From positions 98,818 through 162,817 of the IMG/VR virus record IMGVR_UViG_3300028048_000002: 64,000 nucleotides of DNA; one strand, 5' to 3'. This document shows positions 1 through 10,563 of the stretch, in pieces. Made by a program: the position numbers and the translations under genes. The notes beneath the pieces were generated by a model. That model was given only the letters and a program-made list of their open reading frames with translations. It made no database searches and was not told the origin of the DNA. The DNA is from a virus. Taxonomy: Duplodnaviria; Caudoviricetes. Within the stretch, counting starts at the first letter, position 1. Every line of letters starts with the position of its first letter.

Positions 1-453
1 TTTATCAGGAGTTACCACAAAGGGAGTCTCAACAACAGGCTCAGATTCATACTTTTGCTCAACAGGTTCTGCAGTTTCAATATTGATAAACGGCATGTCA
101 ATCTGAGCTGCAGCACCAGTAGCTATACGAGAAACAAGAATATCATAACCAGAAGTTAATAAAGTCATAGCCATCTGATATGAATAATCTTGATGCTGAA
201 TATACTGAGTAGTAGGTCCTCTAAACGTAGATACAAAAGACTCTAAGCCTTCTTGATTTGACTTAAATCTAGACCAAACAACAGATTCAAGTCTTTCATC
301 GTTTATACTACCTGCAACATCATTTGAAGATCTATCATCTTCAAAACCCGGTCCCCAGCAAGCTGTAATAGGAAATGCTACAGTAGCATAAGAAGAATTT
401 CCCACATTATAGGTATAATTCTGGGAAATCTCATTAATGGTAATATTTGCCAT
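1..453 (-). CDS. Tail sheath protein, N-terminal part (runs off the left edge; not in the ORF track)
   Basis: Manual translation from ATG at 453: MANITINEISQNYTYNVGNSSYATVAFPITACWGP...ESFVSTFRGP...YSYQMAMTLLTSGYDILVSRIA, the typical myovirus sheath N-terminal pattern (I.E...A.WGP...F.G.P...L..G..I.V.R). Confidence 0.7.
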   Translation of the reverse strand, partial: MANITINEISQNYTYNVGNSSYATVAFPITACWGPGFEDDRSSNDVAGSINDERLESVVWSRFKSNQEGLESFVSTFRGPTTQYIQHQDYSYQMAMTLLTSGYDILVSRIATGAAAQIDMPFINIETAEPVEQKYESEPVVETPFVVTPDK

Positions 454-761
454 TATTTCTCCTCACTATTTTCATTTTCAGATTTAACTTCATCATCGCT
501 GGAAGGTTTCGAGCTCTGTGTTGTTTTGTTGATAGAAGGTTTAGTAGTACGTTTTGTATACTTACGCTTAGGCTTTTCAGCTGCTTTAGCAATTTCTTCT
601 GTTTTCAATTCTGCAACAACAGACTCTTTAGGATTTTTACCTTCAAAAACTCTAATAATTCCAAAAGATTTAATATATCCGGGAAAATCTTTTATTTCTC
701 CTGGTGCTAAATCAATTCCATAAAATGTTCGAGTTGAATATCCGCAATTCTTATACTTCAT
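453..761 (-). CDS. Hypothetical protein with Lys/Ser-rich tail
   Basis: ORF with GGAAGG RBS, abutting the sheath start codon. Confidence 0.6.
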   Translation of the reverse strand: MKYKNCGYSTRTFYGIDLAPGEIKDFPGYIKSFGIIRVFEGKNPKESVVAELKTEEIAKAAEKPKRKYTKRTTKPSINKTTQSSKPSSDDEVKSENENSEEK

Positions 762-771
762 ATTACCTTCC

Positions 772-1365
772 TTACAGTGTTTCTATTTCAATAACATTAC
801 GTTTTAGATGTACAGGAGTATAATGAATTAAAACACATCCCTCACAATTTAACTGAATAGAAGATTGATACAGTTGCCCAGATTCAGTATACTGTGAAAT
901 TCCAGATTGCTTTTGTATACCATATCCTTTGTCAAGAGTTATACCAAAACTAATGTCTCTTCTACTTTCATATGGAATTTTGATTTTAAGAAAATACATT
1001 GATCCATATTTAAAAATAATCTCACGAAGAATCTCATCCATGTCAGTTTGATTTGTAGTCATAACAGATAACACATAGGATAAAGATATAGGATATGATT
1101 TTTCATTATAGATATTATTTTTAACTTTATCAAATACCGCAGGTACTCCTTTTATGCTTTTAGTAAAATTAGTAAGAGTCTCATCTATCTGTACATCATT
1201 TCTATCTAATGCTACAAGCGGGAAGGATATAGCATCTTCCTGTAGCTGAGCTGCAACTCCAAGAATCTGTTCAGGTCCTATGACTCGGACAACAGGATGA
1301 GCTAAGTCTTCATTAAAAGACTTGCTTAAATCATCTACAATAGCGTTGTCATATAAATAAATCAT
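772..1365 (-). CDS. Putative tail completion/terminator protein
   Basis: Position just upstream of the sheath; size and FP.VAL.R...P..L.Y...V.T....DEI..EI pattern resemble T4 gp15-like proteins. Confidence 0.4.
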   Translation of the reverse strand: MIYLYDNAIVDDLSKSFNEDLAHPVVRVIGPEQILGVAAQLQEDAISFPLVALDRNDVQIDETLTNFTKSIKGVPAVFDKVKNNIYNEKSYPISLSYVLSVMTTNQTDMDEILREIIFKYGSMYFLKIKIPYESRRDISFGITLDKGYGIQKQSGISQYTESGQLYQSSIQLNCEGCVLIHYTPVHLKRNVIEIETL

Positions 1366-1371
1366 AAACCC

Positions 1372-2157
1372 TTAATCATCAAAAGTGCATATAGAAGTTA
1401 CATCCGAAGACGTCATTGCATCAATAGTGAAATCTGAACCTAGTGGATCCCATGCAGTTCCAGTCCAAGCTACGTTCATACCAGGACCACCGTAAGTTGA
1501 CTCATTTACAATGTTATATACATCACCTACAGTTAAATTTGAAGAAGGTAAGTCAGAGGCGTTAGTAACTGAACCTTTAAATATGTATGCAGAAGATACA
1601 GCAGCAGAAATTAAGCTGTTTACATCAGAAGCTGTTTGATATCCAGCACCGTTAGTAAGCTGATTATTATTTGTAGGTACAGATATATTAACATTTTTAT
1701 TAGTTATTGTTTGAGAATTTCCGTTTACAGAAATCGAGCTAATAGCATTAACTTCTGCTCCAGTAGCTACACCATCTAACTTAGCTTTATCTGTAGAACT
1801 GAGTAACCCAGATGCTGATGTAGTAGCCTCAGAATAAGTTGTATCAGTAGCCGATATGGTTAATGTTTTATTTGAAGCATCCGCTGCTAACGTAACATTT
1901 GAACCATTTATAAATTCAAATGTGTCTGTTTCAGAAGTAGCTGCTACAGTTGTAGCACCATACTTCATATATGAATAAGCATTCTGATTACCGTAATCAC
2001 CTGGGCTCATATTAACAAGCTTAGTTTCAATCTCATCAGTAAAGTCATTAGTAGATAACCCTTTTCCTGCTTCTTTTTTTACAAAGTTTTGTTTAATTAA
2101 CGCCCATAATACGGCAAGACCTTGGCTATCTAGAAACTTTCTGGTATCTTTAGGCAT
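1372..2157 (-). CDS. Virion structural (head/collar fibre-like) protein
   Basis: FLDSQGL..LW, GKGLSTNDFT, GLLSSTDKAKLDG and VGDVYNI...GMNVAWTGTAWDPLG motifs recur in phage fibre/decoration proteins. Confidence 0.6.
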   Translation of the reverse strand: MPKDTRKFLDSQGLAVLWALIKQNFVKKEAGKGLSTNDFTDEIETKLVNMSPGDYGNQNAYSYMKYGATTVAATSETDTFEFINGSNVTLAADASNKTLTISATDTTYSEATTSASGLLSSTDKAKLDGVATGAEVNAISSISVNGNSQTITNKNVNISVPTNNNQLTNGAGYQTASDVNSLISAAVSSAYIFKGSVTNASDLPSSNLTVGDVYNIVNESTYGGPGMNVAWTGTAWDPLGSDFTIDAMTSSDVTSICTFDD

Positions 2158-2166
2158 ACTGTCTCC

Positions 2167-2415
2167 TTAATTGCAAATATCGAAAATATCTAAAGTAGAT
2201 AATGGTGTCATTAAATCTTGTTTAGTATCTAATTCATCATCAAATTGATTTAAGGTAGCCGTCAAACCTGTAATAGAAGTTATAGGGTGACAATCTGTAT
2301 CATCACGTTTAAGTAATACATTATGCTCAGGATAATCGGTTCTCGGCGCTGATACAATAGTACCTTTAATTACCCCTTCACGTTGAATTTTCCCTATAAG
2401 ACGTTGTTCATACAT
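2167..2415 (-). CDS. Small structural-region protein
   Basis: HPITSITGL motif common in phage structural proteins; tight gene packing. Confidence 0.5.
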   Translation of the reverse strand: MYEQRLIGKIQREGVIKGTIVSAPRTDYPEHNVLLKRDDTDCHPITSITGLTATLNQFDDELDTKQDLMTPLSTLDIFDICN

Positions 2416-2417
2416 AT

Positions 2418-3350
2418 CTAAAAAGTCACCTCTTCAGAAAGTATAAATCTAGCTGGCCCTATTACAGTATAAACATCTCCAGATGCTAAAGTTAATTGAA
2501 CATCATACCAGTACAAGCCATAAGATAGCGGTGAAGTATCAGAACCCTCAATTCTGAGAGTAAACTCGGGTATTTCTTTTTGAATTAACGTATTTTCAGA
2601 ATTCTTTGATTTTTTAACACTAAATACAAGTTGATCTCCAGATTCCCTTTGATATTGAGTGCCATCCTCTAGAAATACATCTAGTAAAAATTCAGCAGTA
2701 TCGCCTCTAGTTACTTCTATATCTGACCCAGAAACACGTAGCATAAGTGACCCTGAATTATTCCCCACGATATTACTTGTAAATGTTCGAACTTTTCTAG
2801 TTCTCCGATATTTTGTACTTGTAGTTATATAATCACCTCTATAATCCAGAGGCTGCTTTATAAAATGTTCAGAAGTATTGAAGGTTCTACTAACCTCTTC
2901 TTTAGTTCTACCTACTACCTGTTTTTCATAAACAGGTATAACTTGACATACAATATGATCGGGAGATTGTATGTCATAAGAAATTTCAGTTACCTTAAAA
3001 ATTCGTTCTGGTAATTCAGTAAACTGTCCAGCTATTTTAAAAATAGAATCTTTTTGAACATGCGGTAAATGAAAGCTACAATGAATTAAAAACGGTAATT
3101 CAGAATTATTTTCTACTACCCACCCAAGACGCTTAAAAGTTTTAACTTTAGGAGAACCCTCAAAAAATATCTGAGTGTTTATAGGTAAAGAATATTGGTC
3201 TACAATAGCTTCACCTTGTTGGTTAGTTTGTGTGATGTTTGGATACATATAAACACATTCAATACCTCGAAGTTTTAAAGCTTCATCATACCTGTTACGA
3301 ATCAGTTTTATATCTTCATCAATTAAATTATGCAATCTATCCAAACTCAT
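2418..3350 (-). CDS. Putative neck/head-closure protein fused to a BppU-like C-terminal domain
   Basis: N-terminal region resembles neck proteins; C-terminal IEVTRGDT...YWYDVQLT...VYTVIGP..F.L.EEVT is a BppU-N-like module. Confidence 0.45.
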   Translation of the reverse strand: MSLDRLHNLIDEDIKLIRNRYDEALKLRGIECVYMYPNITQTNQQGEAIVDQYSLPINTQIFFEGSPKVKTFKRLGWVVENNSELPFLIHCSFHLPHVQKDSIFKIAGQFTELPERIFKVTEISYDIQSPDHIVCQVIPVYEKQVVGRTKEEVSRTFNTSEHFIKQPLDYRGDYITTSTKYRRTRKVRTFTSNIVGNNSGSLMLRVSGSDIEVTRGDTAEFLLDVFLEDGTQYQRESGDQLVFSVKKSKNSENTLIQKEIPEFTLRIEGSDTSPLSYGLYWYDVQLTLASGDVYTVIGPARFILSEEVTF

Positions 3351-3355
3351 AACAT

Positions 3356-3976
3356 TTAACCTTCGTCTTCGTAATTAGCAAGTATTTGATCAATATCCAT
3401 AACAGAATTATAAAGCCAATCCCACCGATATTGAGAAGCATAAGCTAAACCGGAAACGTTAAAAGCAGAACCTTGTACTAATGCAGTTTCCCACTCTATT
3501 CTTGAAGGTGAATAGTTTGAATTGATCCAATCAGGGTTCTCTTTAACATTAAAAGCTGTAACATACCATCTTGTATCATCTAAATTATTATTTTCATAAA
3601 CAACACATAATCTAAGTTTATCGTAATTCAGACCTTGAATAGTCTTAAGTAGATTAACTTGTCCTGAAGATAAATGAGCTTCTTCAGTAAATGATACGTA
3701 AAACCCATAACGCTTTAACTCATTTAACAGAGTAGAAGAATGCATGATATCTGATTCTTCTTTAGTTATATCCGTAACTAACTCACCCTTAGGATCTATA
3801 GTATATGCCATCAAAGTACCATAAACCGGATGCATAACTGCAACCTTCAGACCTACAATATCGTCGTTTTGGATATAACTAAATACTTTAATTTCCAAAT
3901 CGGGAGAATTATTTGATTTGCATTCTGTTAATTGCGACCACGCAGAGATATTATACTGCAGTATTGAATTCTCCAT
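3356..3976 (-). CDS. Hypothetical protein
   Basis: 206 aa ORF with GAGGA-like RBS in the structural operon. Confidence 0.6.
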   Translation of the reverse strand: MENSILQYNISAWSQLTECKSNNSPDLEIKVFSYIQNDDIVGLKVAVMHPVYGTLMAYTIDPKGELVTDITKEESDIMHSSTLLNELKRYGFYVSFTEEAHLSSGQVNLLKTIQGLNYDKLRLCVVYENNNLDDTRWYVTAFNVKENPDWINSNYSPSRIEWETALVQGSAFNVSGLAYASQYRWDWLYNSVMDIDQILANYEDEG

Positions 3977-4304
3977 AATTCATTTCTTCCTTAGTTCTTT
4001 GAACATATCTACGCATCTCTTCTTGAAACGGTACTAAATCTGAAGTAGACGATACAGGATATTCAGAAAAATATCTAGCTATCAAATCAATTTTTAACTT
4101 AAAGTAAAGTAATTTAGCTTCACTATCAGATAACTCTGGATGTTTTTCAATAAAGATGAAATACCTTGTAACTACAGAGCTGCAAGCTTTATGTACAACC
4201 GGATTATCTTGTTGTAAATCTGCTTCTAAAAGTGTTTTAAAGTTAGTTGCATTGTATTTTTTCAATTCTTGAAAAAACAAGTCGCATAAATTAGAACCCT
4301 TCAT
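3951..4304 (-). CDS. Hypothetical protein
   Basis: 117 aa ORF overlapping the portal stop. Confidence 0.55.
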   Translation of the reverse strand: MKGSNLCDLFFQELKKYNATNFKTLLEADLQQDNPVVHKACSSVVTRYFIFIEKHPELSDSEAKLLYFKLKIDLIARYFSEYPVSSTSDLVPFQEEMRRYVQRTKEEMNYGEFNTAV

Positions 4305-5778
4305 TCATTTCACCTTCCTCTACATCAAGCTTCCAGCTCATCACATCAGATGCAATTTCTGGGAACTCTTCACTCAATGCTTCAACTAAAGCTTTTTGGA
4401 AGGGTTCTATATCTGTTATACCTAAAGACTTCAACATTTCAATCATCTGCATAGCTTGACCTACAGCTGCATCTCGTTTTTCTGATACTACTGTAGATAA
4501 TGTGGTAACAATAGGTTGCATCTTTAAAATATATTTATCAACCATACCTGACATATTTCTTTGTAAGAAATACTTGTTAATAGCGTCACGCCAACCTGAA
4601 ATATAAGCAGTTTCAAGTCGTTGTAAAGCATTAGCGTATAATGCAGATCTTTGAGACAATACAGAGCCTGCACCACCTAAGCCTTCATTAGATGAGAAGT
4701 TCATAGCTTCTTTAGGTACACCTAATACCGATAACTTCTTATCCTGATAGTGATTTAAAAGATCAGACTCAGCTTCAGTAGTATCTGCCATGTTTAAATC
4801 TGTAATGTCGATAGGTGAAGCACCGTTATTCATAGGAATGAATATCAAGTTATTAGGACTTTGTGGATTAACAAAACTTTGAGCATCTCCCGTACTTGTA
4901 TTCAAAGCTAGTTGTTGCTCAATAACTTGTTTCATTTCTAACAGTGTAGCAGCAACTTCTGTTTCATCTTCTAAATCGCCACATTCTACAGCTATAAACC
5001 TTACAACTTTAGTAAGAGATGATAATAATAAAGCATCTTCTAGCAGACTTAAAGTCTGTGTAGGTTGAAGAGCCTTTTCCATTAGAGGATTAGCAAATTT
5101 GATGTCATATTCAGATATCTCACCAGTAGAATCTGTTACCTCAATCGTGTAATCCCCTAATAACCCACCCATAGAAAAGTGGATTACAGATTCTGGTGGA
5201 TATACAACGTACTTAGACTTATCATCTTCAGGTTCGAAAATGTAGCCAAACTCTTTTCCTTGCTTATATAAATGCACAATATTTTCCGGTGGAATTTTAT
5301 AAGATGGTACTATATCATATACTGAATCCGGAATAGTGTTGTTGTCTAATGCAACATGCATTGCACTATACTCTTGTACGTATTCTTTATACATATCAGT
5401 TGTAGGTATGTATAAATTTCCTATGGTAGCTAATTCCAATATATGATCTCTAGCATATGCGTTTACGTCCCAACGCTTAAATAATTCGTTTACAATTTCA
5501 GCTACATCCTTTGAGTTATCATCTACAGGAACTGCCCAAATAATATTTCCCGAAGCGTTAGAAACAGTAGCATCCGTTGCATAATATGATAAAGCTGTAG
5601 CTACTTGTGAATCTTGTGCTAAAGATCTCATAGAATCAATCTGATTACGTATTGTTGTTATTGCAGAATTTGATCTTAAATCTGAAAGACGATACAAAGA
5701 TCCAGCTGTAGCGCTTCTTAGCCAAGAGGGTGCTGGTTTTTCTTTTGGAAATAATCTGTCCCAAAGTCTATTTGCCAT
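4291..5778 (-). CDS. Portal protein (T4 gp20-like)
   Basis: 495 aa near terminase; D..V..AL..YA.DAT, LLEDALLL.R/S-like segment and KKLSVLGVPKE match large-myovirus portals; AAGGAG RBS. Confidence 0.75.
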   Translation of the reverse strand: MANRLWDRLFPKEKPAPSWLRSATAGSLYRLSDLRSNSAITTIRNQIDSMRSLAQDSQVATALSYYATDATVSNASGNIIWAVPVDDNSKDVAEIVNELFKRWDVNAYARDHILELATIGNLYIPTTDMYKEYVQEYSAMHVALDNNTIPDSVYDIVPSYKIPPENIVHLYKQGKEFGYIFEPEDDKSKYVVYPPESVIHFSMGGLLGDYTIEVTDSTGEISEYDIKFANPLMEKALQPTQTLSLLEDALLLSSLTKVVRFIAVECGDLEDETEVAATLLEMKQVIEQQLALNTSTGDAQSFVNPQSPNNLIFIPMNNGASPIDITDLNMADTTEAESDLLNHYQDKKLSVLGVPKEAMNFSSNEGLGGAGSVLSQRSALYANALQRLETAYISGWRDAINKYFLQRNMSGMVDKYILKMQPIVTTLSTVVSEKRDAAVGQAMQMIEMLKSLGITDIEPFQKALVEALSEEFPEIASDVMSWKLDVEEGEMNEGF

Positions 5779-5815
5779 ATCAACTCCTTATACATCAATA
5801 TGATACAAGGTATGT

Positions 5816-7339
5816 TTAAACAAGATCTTCATCAATTTCGTATCTACTGAAAAATTCCGATTCATTAAAAACTGGAAGACCTTTAGATTCAATATATTTG
5901 ATATGACTTCCATTGATATTTTCAGGAATATCCCCTATTATTGCACAATCAGCTGCTACATAATCTGTAATTTTTGCGGAATAACTTCTTAAAATAGCTG
6001 AAACTTCTTCTATATTTCCATGTGAAAACTTTCCAGTTAGATATATGTTTTTATCTCTAAATATAGGACTACCATCAAATTTTTTAAGTTCAGAAGATAC
6101 AACTACATTTGTATACAAAAGAATATCTTTTACACAGTTTCTATTATATACATCAGAAAACCAATTAACTAATTCATTATTTTTTAAATTGAGATCAATT
6201 TCTATAAAATTACAATGATCCATATAATATTCTATAGTTTCCCATGAATTATTACACCGTGTGCAATATTCATATATCACAGATCTATTACGGACAGCTG
6301 AAATTGGTATGATGGCATCAAGTAACTGATAATAAGATATATTTATTTCGAAATCTTGATAGCAACTCAACCCTAATATATCACTAAATACCGTTAAGTT
6401 TTTATTCTTAACATTATCCATATATACATCATAAGAAATTTCGGGTAAGTTTAAACCTCTCAAAAAATGCAGTATATCAAAATAAGATCTTGATAAACAA
6501 TGAATATCCCCACATCTTGAAAATTCATCAAATGCAATATAGTGCTTACCGCAAATGGAACATGTTCTATTAAATTGCATTATACTTAAAGAAGCTTTTG
6601 GGTATGTTTGAATGATTAGACCATTAGCATCAAATTCAACAATACTCCCAGTAGATAAACTCCAATAATCGAACATGTAAGAAGAAATGTAATACTCAGA
6701 TTGCAGCACCATGGTTAACTTACATTGTTCATATCCTTGGTTATCTAAAAATCTATTATAATGTGTTATCTTATCTCTGTGTTTAGTCAAATAACCAAAA
6801 AAGCTATTTGTACCTCTAAATATGAAGTATCCAAAAACATCTTCATAATTAAAAGCAGTATCTTGAAGTTGATTTCTGATATATAATTCAACATCACTAT
6901 TAGCTATAACAAACCCAGGAATTAATAAAAATCCGTTCCTATTTAACCAATTTCTTATTTGCATAGAACCTACAAAATTCATATTTTTAGCTTCCATGCT
7001 AACTGCAAAAAAGTTAAAATTATAGTTTTGATGAATATCAGATTTAATAGAAGGAAAAATACAGGTAGGTAACGAACCTAACACTTCATCATATTTTTTA
7101 CCTGTGTATACCACACCTCGTACAAACACCGTGCCGTTTTTAGCGTCTACATGAAGCGGCAGTTTACCATATTTAATTAAATCACCTAAAAGTTGTTTAT
7201 CAGGATCACCTAAATTTGATTCAAAGCCCTCCCAAACTTTTACAATCTTTCCCGATTCATCATACTGGATGGTGATAGGTAGACCTAGAGGTAGAGGTTC
7301 AACATAGTCTCCTGCTTTCAGAAGGTTTCTAGTAAGCAT
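5816..7339 (-). CDS. NAD-dependent DNA ligase-like protein (degenerate adenylation domain, Zn finger, BRCT)
   Basis: YVEP...GL.ITIQY..GK, VRG motif, CSICG...C....C Zn finger and C-terminal BRCT (IYLTGKF...ILRSYSAKI...AIIGD...VFNESEF); KxDG motif replaced by LPLG. Confidence 0.6.
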   Translation of the reverse strand: MLTRNLLKAGDYVEPLPLGLPITIQYDESGKIVKVWEGFESNLGDPDKQLLGDLIKYGKLPLHVDAKNGTVFVRGVVYTGKKYDEVLGSLPTCIFPSIKSDIHQNYNFNFFAVSMEAKNMNFVGSMQIRNWLNRNGFLLIPGFVIANSDVELYIRNQLQDTAFNYEDVFGYFIFRGTNSFFGYLTKHRDKITHYNRFLDNQGYEQCKLTMVLQSEYYISSYMFDYWSLSTGSIVEFDANGLIIQTYPKASLSIMQFNRTCSICGKHYIAFDEFSRCGDIHCLSRSYFDILHFLRGLNLPEISYDVYMDNVKNKNLTVFSDILGLSCYQDFEINISYYQLLDAIIPISAVRNRSVIYEYCTRCNNSWETIEYYMDHCNFIEIDLNLKNNELVNWFSDVYNRNCVKDILLYTNVVVSSELKKFDGSPIFRDKNIYLTGKFSHGNIEEVSAILRSYSAKITDYVAADCAIIGDIPENINGSHIKYIESKGLPVFNESEFFSRYEIDEDLV

Positions 7340-7355
7340 TTGAACTCCTTTCTAA

Positions 7356-9266
7356 TTATTTATTGAACCGATTAAAACCAAATATTGCCGAAACATCGGA
7401 ATATTTTTTGCTTACATTACCCGTATTTGCTACTCTCATAGCCTTTACAGCTGTTTTTGTAGATATAGGTACCGAGGGATTAGATAAGATAGCTGACCAT
7501 ACAGCCCCTGCAAACGAGTCGGCCTCATCCTTTTTTCCACCTGCTGGGTGATCACATTTACCTGTAGTTGCATCACGCTGTAAATGAATCAACTCATCTT
7601 GAAGCTCTTCACAATCTAGCATATCAATTCTCTGCTCAAGTAAGACAGATCTCAAAGCCATATATCCGTCAGGAGTCCTATCAAGAGATAATTTATCAAC
7701 TTGACCAAAGCCTTGATTTTCAAGTAATTGCGCTAAATACTCACTCTGAAATTGGTCCCTAGTTATTTTTTCTACGTTAAACTTAGATTTTCTTAACCAT
7801 ACAATAAAAGTTAGTATTTTATCATAAGGAATTTTATCCCCTCTAGGAGCTTCCAAAGCTATAGAAAATATATGTGTAAACGTAGGAACAGAAATAGTTG
7901 AACCACCTACGTCAATGTCTTTTCTACCTGTAACTGCAACTCCTGATATGCCTGTTCTGTCAGTATTCAAAGAGAGGTCTAAATGTATAAACATAGGGCA
8001 TTTTTTAAACCCAATATCGATAACTTCATCATGAAAAAACTCTTCAATAGATAGCGTATCTTTCGTCCCAATCTGTAAAACTTCGTTAAAGAATGGGTTT
8101 TTGCGATTACCTATACACGAATCTAAAAACTCTTGTGTAATAAATGATAAAGTACCGGGAATTGAAATACCTGCAATATCTCGTAACGCTATATCAAAAT
8201 CGGCTAAAAATCGAGTTTTATTGTCTTCAGGTACATCTAATAATTGGTATCCTTGAGCTATTAACTCTTGCAATCCTTCAGCATCTACATCATCAGAAAC
8301 TACAAAACTTCTAAGTTTTTTACCACCTAAAGCAATTTTGAACTTTTTATCTGAAGAATATTTAGATGCTGGCCACACTTCCCATTGGGGTCTATCAAAG
8401 ATGTACATGTGTTCATTTCTAGCTTCCCTCTGTTGTTGTATGTAATTTTCCATAAAATCAGAATCGCTATTTTTTGATGAAATTACATAAAGTTTACCAA
8501 ATACTTCACCATTCTTTACAAATGTACCAGTTACACGTGCAACAAGTGTATCATATTTAGCTTTCATACGTTCTTTTGATTTTTCAATATCTTTAATACC
8601 GGCTTGACTAAAATTTACCTCATCAAAAACAGTTAAAAATGTAGCTTTTCCAAGTGCATGTGAAGCATCTGAACCTGCTTCAATAGAAATTAAACCCCCT
8701 TCAGGAATATATGTAGGATGAGCCTCACTTTTATTCATTTTACCATGCTCCATAAACCATGGAGACATAGCTATGGTGCTATTCATCTCTCTATATGCTA
8801 CACCCTTTGCTAAGGTAGCTGTTAAGTTAAAAAAGAATATTGAAATAGTTGTTACTGACTTTAAACTAAAATATTTTTGTGGATCTCGTAAACACATAAG
8901 ACGATATAACTGATAGCATGCATCTGAAACAGCTGTTGATGTTTTACCTGTACGAGTAGCACCTGTAAATACAATTTCATAATACTGATTACCAGTACGT
9001 TCTAATTCAAGCATAGTCTCTAACCATACCGGGTAAATAGCTTTACCGTTATCGTTGGTTTTTCCTAAGTAATTATCATCTGTTAAGAATGTATATTTGT
9101 CTACAGGAATTTCTTTATAATCTTGTAGCCATAAATCTTCATAAGTTTTAGAATAACCGGTATCAGAAATTTCTTCTAATATACTAATTAACAAACTTTG
9201 TTCATATTTTGAACAAGATTGATATATTCTTTTTATGCGTGTAAGCACATCTTGATAATCAGGCAT
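7356..9266 (-). CDS. terL: Terminase large subunit
   Basis: Walker A GATRTGKT, Walker B VFDE, RNase H-like nuclease HLDLS...D.FQS...DHP.GGKKDEADS. Confidence 0.9.
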   Translation of the reverse strand: MPDYQDVLTRIKRIYQSCSKYEQSLLISILEEISDTGYSKTYEDLWLQDYKEIPVDKYTFLTDDNYLGKTNDNGKAIYPVWLETMLELERTGNQYYEIVFTGATRTGKTSTAVSDACYQLYRLMCLRDPQKYFSLKSVTTISIFFFNLTATLAKGVAYREMNSTIAMSPWFMEHGKMNKSEAHPTYIPEGGLISIEAGSDASHALGKATFLTVFDEVNFSQAGIKDIEKSKERMKAKYDTLVARVTGTFVKNGEVFGKLYVISSKNSDSDFMENYIQQQREARNEHMYIFDRPQWEVWPASKYSSDKKFKIALGGKKLRSFVVSDDVDAEGLQELIAQGYQLLDVPEDNKTRFLADFDIALRDIAGISIPGTLSFITQEFLDSCIGNRKNPFFNEVLQIGTKDTLSIEEFFHDEVIDIGFKKCPMFIHLDLSLNTDRTGISGVAVTGRKDIDVGGSTISVPTFTHIFSIALEAPRGDKIPYDKILTFIVWLRKSKFNVEKITRDQFQSEYLAQLLENQGFGQVDKLSLDRTPDGYMALRSVLLEQRIDMLDCEELQDELIHLQRDATTGKCDHPAGGKKDEADSFAGAVWSAILSNPSVPISTKTAVKAMRVANTGNVSKKYSDVSAIFGFNRFNK

Positions 9267-9271
9267 AAGGT

Positions 9272-9802
9272 TTACACCTTTTCAGAATTTGATTCCAATG
9301 CTCTCAATTCAGATAATATTGCACCAGCGTTCTCTCTAAGCATGTGTCGATCAGAAGTATCTAAGTCTATAACATTAGCTGCTACAGGTGTAGCCGCTTT
9401 GACCGAACTAAATGCAGGATACTGATCTATATCTAGATATGCTGTTAGCAGCTTATTAGATTCAATGATAGATTTCTGCAACTTTTCTTGTATAGCCAGT
9501 AATTTAGTTATATTACCGAATCCACCAGAATCTAAATCAGCTAACTCTGAATCAATAGATCTATACAAAGTTGATTCAAGTTTGTCCATTAAATCTAAAT
9601 ATTGAACAATACGCATAACTTGATGATATGCTCTTAACAATGTTACTTGTTTCATAGCAGTTACCGCTGAAAGCGGATCATCAAGAGATGCAGATAATAA
9701 TGAAATTTTCATACGATCAATTGCTTCACGTTTTAATGAAGCAATTGGATCATGCTCATATTCAACGACTTGGCCACCAACGGTTTCAGCAGCTTCATCC
9801 AT
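9272..9802 (-). CDS. Possible terminase small subunit
   Basis: Helical 176 aa ORF immediately upstream of terL; positional inference only. Confidence 0.35.
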   Translation of the reverse strand: MDEAAETVGGQVVEYEHDPIASLKREAIDRMKISLLSASLDDPLSAVTAMKQVTLLRAYHQVMRIVQYLDLMDKLESTLYRSIDSELADLDSGGFGNITKLLAIQEKLQKSIIESNKLLTAYLDIDQYPAFSSVKAATPVAANVIDLDTSDRHMLRENAGAILSELRALESNSEKV

Positions 9803-9814
9803 ATAATCACTTCT

Positions 9815-10075
9815 TTACTTTAAATCTAGCAAAACAACACTCAAATTAGCAATAGCATCTCGTGCAATTTCATCATTCTCTGCATTTTCAGCTAAACACT
9901 TAATAGCTTGCATAATATTGTCACAAGCATCGCCGTAAATAGATACACAAGATTCAGGAAGCTCTTGGATACCTTCTGCATCATTAATATCTTCAGTAGA
10001 ATTCACCTTTCTATTAATTTTTATAGGTTTAGCTTCACAAGCAGATTTTACTCCAGACTTCTTAGAAACTTTCAT
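9815..10075 (-). CDS. Hypothetical protein
   Basis: ORF with AAAGGA RBS. Confidence 0.55.
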   Translation of the reverse strand: MKVSKKSGVKSACEAKPIKINRKVNSTEDINDAEGIQELPESCVSIYGDACDNIMQAIKCLAENAENDEIARDAIANLSVVLLDLK

Positions 10076-10373
10076 CTATACTATCCTTTCGAGTACGTGT
10101 ATTTAACTTAGCATACATAGTTTCACTATTATTTAAGATTTCCTCAAAATCATCAAATTTTGAAAATAGCTCATCATCGTTTTTTACGTATTGCTCACAC
10201 ATATATTTTAAAAATGCAAAAGCAGCTTGAATTGCTTCAATAGAAGGAAAAGCTTTATATACAGCAATTTCTAAATCTGCAATACCTTCAACGATGCTTA
10301 AAGGCCATACATATGATCTTAAACTTTCATACAACTTTATATAACTATTTTGAATTTGTTTAGCTGATACCAT
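10062..10373 (-). CDS. Hypothetical protein
   Basis: ORF with GAGGAG RBS. Confidence 0.6.
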   Translation of the reverse strand: MVSAKQIQNSYIKLYESLRSYVWPLSIVEGIADLEIAVYKAFPSIEAIQAAFAFLKYMCEQYVKNDDELFSKFDDFEEILNNSETMYAKLNTRTRKDSIDESF

Positions 10374-10374
10374 A

Positions 10375-10563
10375 TCAGTAACTCCTCATAAAGTACGAAT
10401 TGATTAAACCATCTAAATCAAAAACATCTAAGTCATTATGTTTTTTAACAAATTCTAACTCATGTTTTATGTCAAGATCTTTTTGCATCATTAAATAATC
10501 CACAAAAACACATTCAAAACAACTAAAAGGTTCAGATATTTCCTCTTTAATCGTTTGAAGCAT
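10375..10563 (-). CDS. Hypothetical protein
   Basis: Small ORF overlapping its upstream neighbour in an operon. Confidence 0.5.
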   Translation of the reverse strand: MLQTIKEEISEPFSCFECVFVDYLMMQKDLDIKHELEFVKKHNDLDVFDLDGLINSYFMRSY

